The notes beneath the pieces were generated by a model. It did no database searches and was not told the origin of the DNA. It worked only from the letters and a program-made list of their open reading frames with translations. Positions 25,066 to 36,921 of a stretch of 64,000 nt of DNA are shown here, piece by piece; the first letter of the stretch is position 1; the number at the start of each line of letters is the position of its first letter. The position numbers and the translations under genes are program-made. Origin of the DNA: Laetmonice hystrix (Eukaryota); NCBI GenBank assembly GCA_965235115.1, contig OZ249436.1, forward strand, positions 43,464,001-43,528,000. Reading direction: 5' to 3'.

Positions 25066-25384
25066 CAGGGTATGAAAAGTCATGGAAAGTCATGGAAAAT
25101 GAAATTTGTTTTTCTAGGCCTGGAAAAGTCATGGAAAATAGAAAAAGGAGGGAGAGTCATGGAAAAGTCATGGAATTTGATATTTCTTTTGAACCACATT
25201 TCAGTTTCAGCATGTTAGGTCTAAATTGTAGAGTTCGACGATGTACTATATAGGGGACAATTCTGGGATTATCGTGTATTTTGGTAATTTTATCCAGAAT
25301 TGGTTATGAAATTTTGGAGTTTGAGTCTGGAAAAGTCATGGAGAAGTCATGAAATTTAAATATAGCCAACTTGTGGGAACCCTG
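25066..25384. mobile_element. MITE with CAGGG...CCCTG ends and internal AAGTCATGGAA motifs
   Basis: Terminal caggg/ccctg plus repeated subterminal motifs at both ends. Confidence 0.6.
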
Positions 25385-25606
25385 GAAAACTGTGGTGTTA
25401 CTGATCCCAGTGAAACACTCGACATGTTAAAGTTTACACACCAGACGAGACATTGTTAGTCACATATCTCAGAGACATGTTTCATAGTGTGGTATCGCGA
25501 TTCAGTGACTAGGATTGGTAATAAACAGAGAACCAGTCACATTCATCAAGCATATTTTTATACCGAACTCATGAGTTCACCTCATCTTCATTGATCATTC
25601 TACATC

Positions 25607-28202
25607 AGATACATCCCTAGATCACGGAGATACATCCCTAGATCACGGAGATACATCCCTAGATCACGGAGATACATCACTAGATCACGGAGATACATCA
25701 CTAGATCACGGAGATACATCACTAGATCACGGAGATACATCCATAGATCACGGAGATACATCCACAGATCACGGAGATACATCACTAGATCACGGAGATA
25801 CATCCCTAGATCACGGAGATACATCCCTAGATCACGGAGATACATCCCTAGATCACGGAGATACGTCCCTAGATCACGGAGATACATCCCTAGATCACGG
25901 AGATACATCCATAGATCACGGAGATACATCCATAGATCACGGAGATACATCCCTAGATCACGGAGATACATCCATAGATCACGGAGATACATCCCTAGAT
26001 CACGGAGATACATCCCTAGATCACGGAGATACATCCCTAGATCACGGAGATACATCACTAGATCACGGAGATACATCCCTAGATCACGGAGATACATCCC
26101 TAGATCACGGAGATACATCCCTAGATCACGGAGATACATCCCTAGATCACGGAGATACATCCCTAGATCACGGAGATACATCCCTAGATCACGGAGATAC
26201 ATCCCTAGATCACGGAGATACATCCGTAGATCACGGAGATACATCCCTAGATCACGGAGACACATCACTAGATCACGGAGATACATCACTAGATCACGGA
26301 GATACATCCACAGATCACGGAGATACATCCCTAGATCACGGAGATACATCCTAGATCACGGAGATACATCCCTAGATCACGGAGATACATCCCTAGATCA
26401 CGGAGATACATCCACAGATCACGGAGATACATCCCTAGATCACGGAGATACATCCACAGATCACGGAGATACATCCACAGATCACGGAGATACATCCATA
26501 GATCACGGAGATACATCCCTAGATCACGGAGATACATCACTAGATCACGGAGATACATCCATAGATCACGGAGATACATCCATAGATCACGGAGACACAT
26601 CCACAGATCACGGAGATACATCCCTAGATCACGGAGATACATCCACAGATCACGGAGATACATCCATAGATCACGGAGATACGTCCCTAGATCACGGAGA
26701 TACATCCACAGATCACGGAGACACATCCACAGATCACGGAGATACATCCACAGATCACGGAGATACATCCACAGATCACGGAGATACATCCCTAGATCAC
26801 GGAGATGCATCCCTAGATCACGGAGATACATCCCTAAATCACGGAGATGCATCACTAGATCACGGAGATACATCACTAGATCACGGAGATACATCCCTAG
26901 ATCACGGAGATACATCCATAGATCACGGAGATACATCCATAGATCACGGAGATACGTCCCTAGATCACGGAGATACGTCCCTAGATCACGGAGATACGTC
27001 CCTAGGTCACGGAGATACATCCATAGATCACGGAGATACGTCCCTAGATCACGGAGATACGTCTACAGATCACGGAGATACGTCCCTAGATCACGGAGAT
27101 ACATCCACAGATCACGGAGATACATCCCTAGATCACGGAGATGCATCCCTAGATCACGGAGATACATCCCTAAATCACGGAGATGCATCACTAGATCACG
27201 GAGATACATCACTAGATCACGGAGATACATCCCTAGATCACGGAGATACATCCCTAGATCACAGAGATACGTCCCTAGATCACGGAGATACGTCCCTAGA
27301 TCACGGAGATACATCCATAGATCACGGAGATACATCCATAGATCACGGAGATACATCCATAGATCACGGAGATACGTCCCTAGATCACGGAGATACATCC
27401 ACAGATCACGGAGATACATCCCTAGATCACGGAGATACATCCATAGATCACGGAGATACATCCATAGATCACGGAGATACGTCCCTAGATCACGGAGATA
27501 CATCCCTAGATCACGGAGATACATCCCTAGATCACGGAGATACGTCCCTAGATCACGGAGATACGTCCCTAGATCACGGAGATACATCCCTAGATCACGG
27601 AGATACATCCCTAGATCACGGAGATACATCCATAGATCACGGAGATGCGTCCCTAGATCACGGAGATACATCCACAGATCACGGAGATACATCCATAGAT
27701 CACGGAGATACATCCATAGATCACGGAGATGCGTCCCTAGATCACGGAGATACATCCACAGATCACGGAGATACATCCCTAGATCACGGAGATACATCCC
27801 TAGATCACGGAGATACATCCACAGATCACGGAGACACATCCACAGATCACGGAGATACATCCCTAGATCACGGAGATACATCCCTAGATCACGGAGATAC
27901 ATCCATAGATCACGGAGATACATCCATAGATCACGGAGATACATCCATAGATCACGGAGATACATCACTAGATCACGGAGATACATCCACAGATCACGGA
28001 GATACATCCACAGATCACGGAGATACATCCATAGATCACGGAGATACATCCATAGATCACGGAGATACATCCACAGATCACGGAGATACATCCCTAGATC
28101 ACGGAGATACGTCCCTAGATCACGGAGATACATCCCTAGATCACGGAGATACATCCCTAGATCACGGAGATACATCCACAGATCACGGAGATACATCCAT
28201 AG
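25607..28202. repeat. 21-bp satellite, about 124 copies
   Basis: agatcacggagatacatccct. Confidence 0.97.
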
Positions 28203-28281
28203 TTGAACTGTTCATGGAGACGCTGCCTGACTCTTTCATATCTTTGTAAAGTGTTCCATGTGTTGTCTGTTTCGGATACAA

Positions 28282-28287
28282 AATAAA
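28282..28287 (+). promoter_or_regulatory. Candidate distal poly(A) signal of PKG
   Basis: AATAAA followed by a U/GU-rich tract; other AATAAA motifs near 24668, 24865 and 25520. Confidence 0.35.
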
Positions 28288-28505
28288 TTGTCTACTTATT
28301 TAATCCAGTCGCTTTGTCTCTTGAAGTCCTGATCAATGAGGTCGTTTGACATACGATTTCATCAGATCTTTATAACCTGCTATAAATTCGCTCAGAAAAA
28401 GGGCTACCTTACTATAATAATAAGCGCAAAGAATGAGAAAAGTTGAATTGCAAGAAAAACAGTGTTTGGTTACTAGAACCGATAAAGAGCTTTATAGGCC
28501 TGTAT

Positions 28506-28735
28506 GCAGTACACGGTTTTCATACTTACAGTACACGGTTTTCATGCCTAGAGTACACAGTTTTCATGCCTACATTTTCATGCCTACAGTACAATTTTCA
28601 TGCCTACAGTACACAGTTTTCATGCTTACAGTACACAGTTTTCATGCCTACAGTACACCGTTTTCATGCCTACAGTACAGTTTTCATGCCTACAGTACAG
28701 TTTTCATGCTTACAGTACATAGTTTTCATGCCTAC
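28506..28735. repeat. ~23-25-bp minisatellite
   Basis: cagtacacagttttcatgccta. Confidence 0.85.
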
Positions 28736-29203
28736 ATTTGACATTTGACGGGGTCATGTGACCATTTAGCTTCAATCCAATTGGAAAATTAGCAACGTGA
28801 ATCTGCTACCAGTGAGCAGGGGACCGATTTTGACGTTACAACCAGTAATGCATGCTGGCTTTAGACAACAGTCATGTCCCCAAATAAACCCATGTACCTT
28901 ACCTCAAATCTAATCTAATTGTAACATAATAAGCATGGATAGAATCCACACAGAATTTCCAATCTATTCATGGTACTTTTATGGTAATTTATTTAGTTTA
29001 AGATGAGGTTACAGCGAGTTAAACGCAGTGGTTCTCTCAGACTCAAGCGCGGTGACCGCAGTCGCGGAACCCACACATGGACCCCTCAGAGCAAAAGTAC
29101 TGTGTGCCTCTTCATGTTTGCCGGGTAGTTCCGCAGCTAGGATCTTAATGATTTAAATATAGCCAATCAGAGGACAGTATGAGCTTCACGCCGGTCGTCG
29201 AAC

Positions 29204-29303
29204 TAAGTACATCCGCCCACGGGAAGGTTGTCTGCAGATGTTGTCAAGATTTCAACTGATGGCCCCCCAGAGATGGAACAAGACACATACTAAGTTCGCA
29301 TAC
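29204..29303 (-). CDS. Possible terminal exon of the minus-strand gene (TYANLVCVLFHLWGPSVEILTTSADNLPVGGCT*)
   Basis: Acceptor ctttctaaag|, phase 2 matches the donor at 31349, AATAAA on the minus strand at 28988-28993; no homology support and ends approximate. Confidence 0.3.
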
Positions 29304-31349
29304 CTTTAGAAAGCCCAATATCTTTTCTATCTGAACATGTTTTCCAATAATTTGTACATCAAGTATTGACTGCAGCAGAGAGACTTAATCCGGCCGCCGC
29401 GCTCAGCGTCCTTAGCGACGCGTGTGACAGTGAGTGACAGTGCGGGCACGCTGCCGACTGAGAGCGGCAGTGGCAGCGCCATGCATGCACAGATGCACTC
29501 AGTCAGCGCCAGCAGCTGGGGTAGGGGCGAATCCAGCAAATTTGCGGAGGGTGTGGGCTCAAAACAGGATTTTAATGTATCATGATGGAATATAATAGGG
29601 GCCCTAGTGATCTTGATTGTTGGCTGTCTCACTCAGACCTGCTCATGTTTTAACTTAGCCTTGGACGTTGGAGTTGGGCAGCTTAAGTTACTTAAGGGGG
29701 GGGGGGGGGAGCTCAAGCCGTGGAAGAGAGTCAGAGCCTGAGGCTGAGGGGCTTTGCACAGTTCCTACCCTCCAAATTTCAGACTTCTGGTAATTTAGGA
29801 ATCCCATGCCTGTTGTGCACAGCTATGACTTTTCCAAATTTTGAAATTGATCAGAAATGATTGACATGTCATGTCCGCACAGGAGTTGGAGAGTGATGAA
29901 CTGAGGGGAAATGAAAAACTGTACGCCCTATGAAATGCAAATTATTATATGTGTTAATATATGCAAATTAATTATGATTTATTCAAATGAGGTTAATTTC
30001 ATTTGATAGCACTGCAAAAACCTGTGCTACAGTTTTAATTTAAAGGAGATACTGTTCAAATTCCCCATTTAACTGACCAGATTACAATGAATTCCTGGTC
30101 GGCATCTGTTATTTCACATAATTTATGCAAATTAGCTCATTTAAATATGCAAATTAGATCATTTTCACTAACATTTTTGAAATCCTGATATGAAAAAACC
30201 TCTGTAAGCAAAAATTCAGAATGATATAATAAAAACTACAGATATGTTAAAGATAAACACCAAAAAATGTGTTTTTTTCAGGGTCCATCAGCCTGGACAG
30301 GCCTCCATTCGTTTATCATTGTCCCAGATCCCGAAAATGATCTCCAAGCCCATTGAAAATAAATTCACACTTTTGGTTATATTTTCGTTAATATTCAGAA
30401 TATCACCATAATTCAAAAAGATTTGAGCTCTGTGTCACTAGCCCTGTCAATACAGACAATGAAAAGTGCTGTAAAGTGGATATGAAATTTTGCATTCTCG
30501 TTGCTAGGAAAATGCTCTACAGCTAAATTAAATAGCCCGCTATCCCTAATCTAATTAACAACCAATTTGATACAAGAAAAAACTAACCCTAGCCTGACCC
30601 CTCGTAGGTCATGTCGACCTCATAAGTACAATTCGTCCAGATTTTACTTTCTTCCTACTGAAACGATTTAAAGCTAATCCAGTTTCATAAGATCATGGCC
30701 CTGATCCCTCTCAAAAGTAGCGTCAGACTGAGCTGACGATATCCGGTGTGCCGGCCACGGTCTACTGCGTGCAAGTCTCACGTCCTTGACCTGTAAATGA
30801 CCAGAAATAGCCTCGAAACGCGTCACGTTGGTCCTTAAACGATTGTCACGTCACAATTTCTCCATTGGTTTAACATGGGATGAGAAAACACACTTTCAAA
30901 CATCGACCAGATTTTTGTCAGTTTTGACATCTAAGACATGAAATGTATACTTTCATACGTGGAACAGGTTGGTGCTCTTGTTTTGTAAGTTACAACAATG
31001 AAAGCGCCCTAACTATGAAATAATATTTAGAAGTTGAGAGTTGCCGGCTCCTATGGGAGTCGCAATGCTAAAGTGACGAGATTACGACACGTTAGGACCA
31101 AAGGCGGCCGTTTTCGGGTTTTCTCCTGTTTTCTCTTGACCCACTGGCACACCCTAAATCCCCCATGGTAACTTATACCCCACGAAATTTGGTCAGAAGT
31201 AAAGATCCATAACCCTGACCTTATCCCTAACTCCTAACCTCGGTCCCTACCAATCCCAAAGACATAGGCCCTATCCCTATCCCTGTGACCTTAACAACCC
31301 ACAAACTTTGTCTGGAAGTTACCACGGGGCAATAACCCCGACCACTCAC

Positions 31350-32752
31350 GTATCCCTCGGCCTACAACATGTGGACAGATTTCGTGTCGGACCTACGGCC
31401 GTTTGACGTTCCTGTACGACAGAGGGCGCACTCGCTCCTTGTTGGTCGTTCTCGGGGATTGCCGCGAGACCCGGTCTCGTCGCCACCGGTGTGATTGGAC
31501 GCCGGAAGTTCAGGTGGCGCCGCCTGTCGGTGTGCACTGACCTCCGCCCACTCCCCCGTGAGGACGTCCGACTGCTACTGCTACAACTATCAGAATCAGT
31601 ATCTGTCTCGGCTCGCCCGACCTCGTACTCACCCTCCGGGATGGCATCCAGCGGGCTGCCCAGACGAACTCGTTTCTCACGCTTTGTTTGCCGCACGGAG
31701 GATCGTAGATTCGGCGTCTTCTCATAACTCCGCAACGTTTCTATCGCGTTTCTCAGAAGACGTTTTGTGATGGCCTCCCTTTTCTTCACCTGGCAGCCAT
31801 CGTTTAGAACATTGGCTTTCCTACTGGTTTCACGGGCATCAACTGCCAGGATTCCCTGAGTAGTAGTTTGTGACGACAAAATCCCTGAATGCATATTTTT
31901 TGACGACACAATTCCCATGGGCAATATTTGTGATGACATAATTCCCTCAGGTACCGATTGTGACGACACAATGCCCGTTGTCAATGTTTGTGACGACATA
32001 ATTCCCTCCGGTACCGATTGTGACGACACAATCCCCGTGGGCAATGTTTGTGATGACATAATTCCCTCAGGTACCGATTGTGACGACATATTGCTCTCCG
32101 GTGGTAGTGCCAACCCCTGAGGCACGGGAAGCGGCCGTTTGCTCCAGGTGGGCGAGGGAATGTAGTCCCAGGAAAATATGGTTGATGTCTTCAAAGAGGA
32201 AGTCGCCAAGGTATTGCCAGATGTTGGTTGTTTTGTTGAAAGGGCGTGAGGATCGTAAGTAGGCCTACTTGCGACCCGCTGGGCCGGCCGTGTGTCAGGC
32301 AGTGGGACAGGCCGTATGTTAGGCAGTGGGTCACTACTCGTGACAAAGGACGCTAACCTCGTCTTGGCATTGGGGCGATTCATGGAAGGCGCACTTTTAG
32401 TGGGATCATTATTAGCAGCACTGACCACGGCCCGACGTGGCGACGGCAGGGTGGAGAACTTTCGATTTTTGGGAATATGTTTGGCATGCACGTGCAGCGG
32501 CTGCCTGTTAGGGTTATAATGAGCAGGAATGTCGGGATCATGATGAACGTAATAACGTCTGTGGTTCACAGTCCGTACGTGGTTCGAGTAGGAAAGCATC
32601 GATTCTTTCAGTTGTCGCTGGCTGGTCGTGATGCGATCCAGCTTGGTGCGTAGCTCGCGTTCGAACCCCTCAAGTCGCCTCTCATGGTCGCGTCTCATCT
32701 GGTCCGACCGAGCAACCGGCCCAGACGCTGACGTATCCCTGCGCAGGGACAT
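31350..32752 (-). CDS. Large coding exon of an uncharacterised protein: N-terminal predicted coiled coil, Pro/Ser/Thr-rich disordered body with 10-aa repeats
   Basis: 468-codon, largely non-repetitive ORF; aaacaATG context with an in-frame TAA just upstream; consensus donor ac|GTGAGT at 31349; upstream acceptor ttttcag| at 33444. Confidence 0.7.
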
Positions 32753-33345
32753 TGTTTACGTATCTCTCCGCACAGTGATTAGTTAGGTCTAGGTATTCCT
32801 CCACAGGGTCATTGCTCACGTATCTCTCCGCACAGTGATTAGTTAGGTCTAGGTATTCCTCCACAGGGTCAGTGCTCACGTATCTCTCCGCACAGTGATT
32901 AGTTAGGTTTAGGTATTCCTCCACAGGGTCATTGCTCACGTATCTCTCCGCACAGTGATTAGTTAGGTCTAGGTATTCCTCCACAGGGTCATTGCTCACG
33001 TATCTCTCCGCACAGTGATTAGTTAGGTCTAGGTATTCCTCCACAGGGTCATTGCTCACGTATCTCTCCGCACAGTGATTAGTTAGGTCTAGGTATTCCT
33101 CCACAGGGTCATTGCCCACGTATCTCTCCGCACAGTGATTAGTTAGGTCTAGGTATTCCTCCACAGGGTCAGTGCTCACGTATCTCTCCGCACAGTGATT
33201 AGTTAGGTCTAGGTATTCCTCCACAGGGTCATTGCTCACGTATCTCTCCGCACAGTGATTAGTTAGGTCTAGGTGTCCATCCACAGGGTCAGTGCTCACG
33301 TATCTCTCCGCACAGTGATTAGTTAGGTCTAGGTGTCCCTCCACG
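32745..33345 (-). repeat. 60-bp array containing the start-codon context of the minus-strand gene, about 10 copies
   Basis: gatacgtgagcaATGaccctg units versus the real gatacgtaaacaATGtccctg. Confidence 0.92.
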
Positions 33346-34622
33346 TTGCTCATGTATCCTGACGGAACGTCATTTTTTTGATTGCGCGTGCTGCCGTCGT
33401 GCCGCCATGCGCCCAACCGTCATTCATAACGTCAGCAGCAACACCTGAAAAATAATAACAGACTTATGGTAGGGCCTTTTGGACTAGACAGGTACAAACA
33501 CACCCACAATAACACAGACACATTCAATGTAGTATTTCTCAATACAGAAAGATAAGGGGCTCTAACATAAAGGGAAAACTGCGACTAAAGGTAAGGCCTC
33601 ACTCGGCCTTAGATTCTGCTTCTGAGATACATCAAAGATCTAAGTTATTATTCGTGAAGACATGGGAAGAAGCTACAGTCGGGGACTTTGCTTACCTGGG
33701 TTAAATCAAGTACTTGTGGTCGGATTTCTCATCTCAAAAATGACCAATACATGTAGCATGCCGACATGGCGTGGAACTACTCACTGCGTGGAACTACTCA
33801 CTGACTCACTCATTCCCCACTCACTCCTTCGATCCCTCACTCGCTCACCCCCTCACTCACTCACTCACTTACCCCTCATCCACCACTCTAAAGGCCTACG
33901 AAGGAACGAATTTCCTATTTTGTTTCTGGGTCACGAAGAAATAATTCAGGTTCGCTGTGTAGAGGATGAACCGTTGCGTGCGGTGAAGGGCTGGCTTCTC
34001 GTAACGATGTCTTCAGCGGCAGTCAACGGGAAACATAGCACACTGGCATTCTGCCACACAAAGATTTACTAAATAGGGAAGTGCGCCTGGCTCCAGCCTG
34101 CTCAAAGATCTGCGGATCCTGACGATAGTAATTATGTAGCTATGAATAGAATTCAATACTATTACGTTCAAGGTCCGACGAGCCTCTAGTAGGCTCTTTT
34201 TAATTGCTAGGTAGGTCTACTTAACTGGGCAAATGTTTGAGATTATGATGAAGTCACAGGTTACTTTAACTTGTTTCGAAATGAGGTTTCAAGGTTTGTA
34301 TGTAGCCATGGTTGTTGATTTTTATTCCCTAATACGTTCAGATTTGAAGTTTGTTGTCTAGATGATATAAAAGCACCGTTTACTAGATCGATATCATAAC
34401 AGGGACTTTTTTTCTTGTTTGCGGGACGGACGGGAGTCAGGTTCGAGAAGACAAACACTAGAGATCGAAAGACGAATGTTTACCAGCTGACCTTCATATA
34501 GTGACCATAGAGTCACCATGGTCCTTTAATACATGGATATTGTCGTAAAGCTGACAGTAGAATAAAAGTTACCTTCTTAAAACCAGTTGGAATAGTAACA
34601 AGTTGTATGTCCTGCTAGTACT

Positions 34623-34877
34623 CAGGGGCGTATCGAGAAATTAGTTTAGGGGGGGGGGGGTCCTCATAGTCTAGGTACTTCAGAGATGGCCTTTGGGAAA
34701 TAAAAAAAAGACACCAAATAATGCAATCTTAGAGCGTCTTGTTTGGAAATATGAAGATTTCCTTTGGTTAATAATACACTTTTTACACTCCTGTTTTACA
34801 AGAATGTCCTTTATATAGTAGAGTTGTCAAGGGGGGGGGGTCCGGGATACTTGGAAACCTCCCTGGATACGCCACTG
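34623..34877. mobile_element. Small MITE, TIR CAG(G/T)GGCGTATC
   Basis: caggggcgtatc ... gatacgccactg, flanked by agtact on both sides. Confidence 0.7.
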
Positions 34878-34908
34878 AGTACTTGCACACAGTATACGGA
34901 GCGTGGAA

Positions 34909-36045
34909 TGACTTACATTATGTATCCTGTCATTGGTTGGGATCTTAACGACTTACATTATGTATCCTGTCATTGGTTGAGATTTTAACGACTTACATTA
35001 TGTATCCTGTCATTGGTTGAGATTTTAACGACTTACATTATGTATCCCGTCATTGGTTGGGATCTTAACGACTTACATTATGTATCCTGTCATTGGTTGG
35101 GATCTTAATGACTTACATTATGTATCCTGTCATTGGTTGAGATCTTAACGACTTACATTATGTATCCTGTCATTGGTTGATATGTTAACGACTTACATTA
35201 TGTATCCTGTCATTGGTTGGGATCTTAACGACTTACATTATGTATCCTGTCATTGGTTGGGATCTTAATGACTTACATTATGTATCCTGTCATTGGTTGA
35301 GATCTTAACGACTTACATTATGTATCCTGTCAGTGGTTAAGATTTTAACGACTTACATTATGTATCCTGTCATTGGTTGAGATTTTAACGACTTACATTA
35401 TGTATCCTGTCATTGGTTGAGATCTTAACGACTTACATTATGTATCCTGTCATTGGTTGAGATTTTAACGACTTACATTATGTATCCTGTCATTGGTTGG
35501 GATCTTAACGACTTACATTATGTATCCTGTCAGTGGTTGAGATTTTAACGACTTACATTATGTATCCTGTCATTGGTTGGGATCTTAACGACTTACATTA
35601 TGTATCCTGTCATTGGTTGAGATGTTAACGACTTACATTATGTATCCTGTCAGTGGTTAAGATTTTAACGACTTACATTATGTATCCTGTCATTGGTTGA
35701 GATTTTAACGACTTACATTATGTATCCTGTCATTGGTTGGGATCTTAACGACTTACATTATGTATCCTGTCAGTGGTTGAGATCTTAACGACTTACATTA
35801 TGTATCCTGTCATTGGTTAAGGTTTTAACGACTTACATTATGTATCCTGTCATTGGTTGGGATCTTACCGACTTACATTATGTATCCTGTCATTGGATGA
35901 GATTTTAACGACTTACATTGTATCCTGTCATTGGTTGACATGTCAACAACTTACATTATGTATCCTGTCATTGGTTGGGATCTTAACGACTTACATTATG
36001 TATCCTGTCAGTGGTTGAGATTTGAACGACTTACATTATGTCCAG
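34909..36045. repeat. 40-bp minisatellite, about 28 copies
   Basis: acttacattatgtatcctgtcattggttgggatcttaacg. Confidence 0.95.
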
Positions 36046-36921
36046 CTAGTGGTTGAGATTGTCCAGAGTTTTCCTGACGGTGACCCGAGTTAACCTAGCC
36101 ATGTGTGCGGTGAAGCGCCGAGATTGAGAATAATTTGGCAGTCGGCGCCAGGCATTGGAGCAACCAGCAAGATCAACCCGCCTCGATAGCTTACACCCTG
36201 ACGGGGAGGTACGGGTGTGCATGGAGGGGGGGGGCATGTCACGCGTTCTTAACACTCCAATCCTCTTAACCCTTGAGACCCGTGGATTGACGCCTTTAAA
36301 TCTATCTGGTGAAAGAAATATGCTGAAGGCTGGCGTGAAAACAAAGGATTAAATGACAGGAAAAGTTGAGAGGGTACGTTATGTAGAGCTCATCTGACCT
36401 TCAAATAAATCTACTAGAGTAGGAAATGAGATAAGATTGTGAGGTGTTCACAAGTGTCAACAAACGACCTTATCAGAATAATCTCGGCGCTGAAATCAGA
36501 CTCAGGTCTATGCTACAGACGAATGTAGAGACCGAAGTGAGGTTGACTGGGAGGTGTGTCGGGTTCCTGTTAGCCCCCATAACAAGTCAATGTCGTTTTG
36601 ACAGAATATTCTATGTATACATTGCATCAGTTGATACGCCAATTACATTTAACCAGTAATCCAGTCAAGCGTGACGAGACTGATGGTTGGCTCACTGCCA
36701 CAATGGGTACCAGGTAAATATAGCGAATACAGCTCGTCGATCCAACTAATATACACTTTACCGACAGCCGTAAAATTAATCGACCTGGACCTTTTATTTC
36801 ATTTTTAATGTTTGTCAATATTAAATATTTAATATTTTTAAACAAGCATGCCGCCCAGGAGGTGTTTTACCCACTGCTTTTAAAAGGTATTCGAATACCA
36901 ATCCGCCTTTACTCCATCCAA

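Noticed and set aside
25600..28196. Long minus-strand ORFs (MYLRDLG)n
   Set aside because: By-product of a 21-bp unit lacking stops in one frame; broken by indels at about 26350 and 27060; no unique flanking coding sequence
29860..31320. Probable degenerate interspersed repeats
   Set aside because: Could not define termini or TSDs by eye
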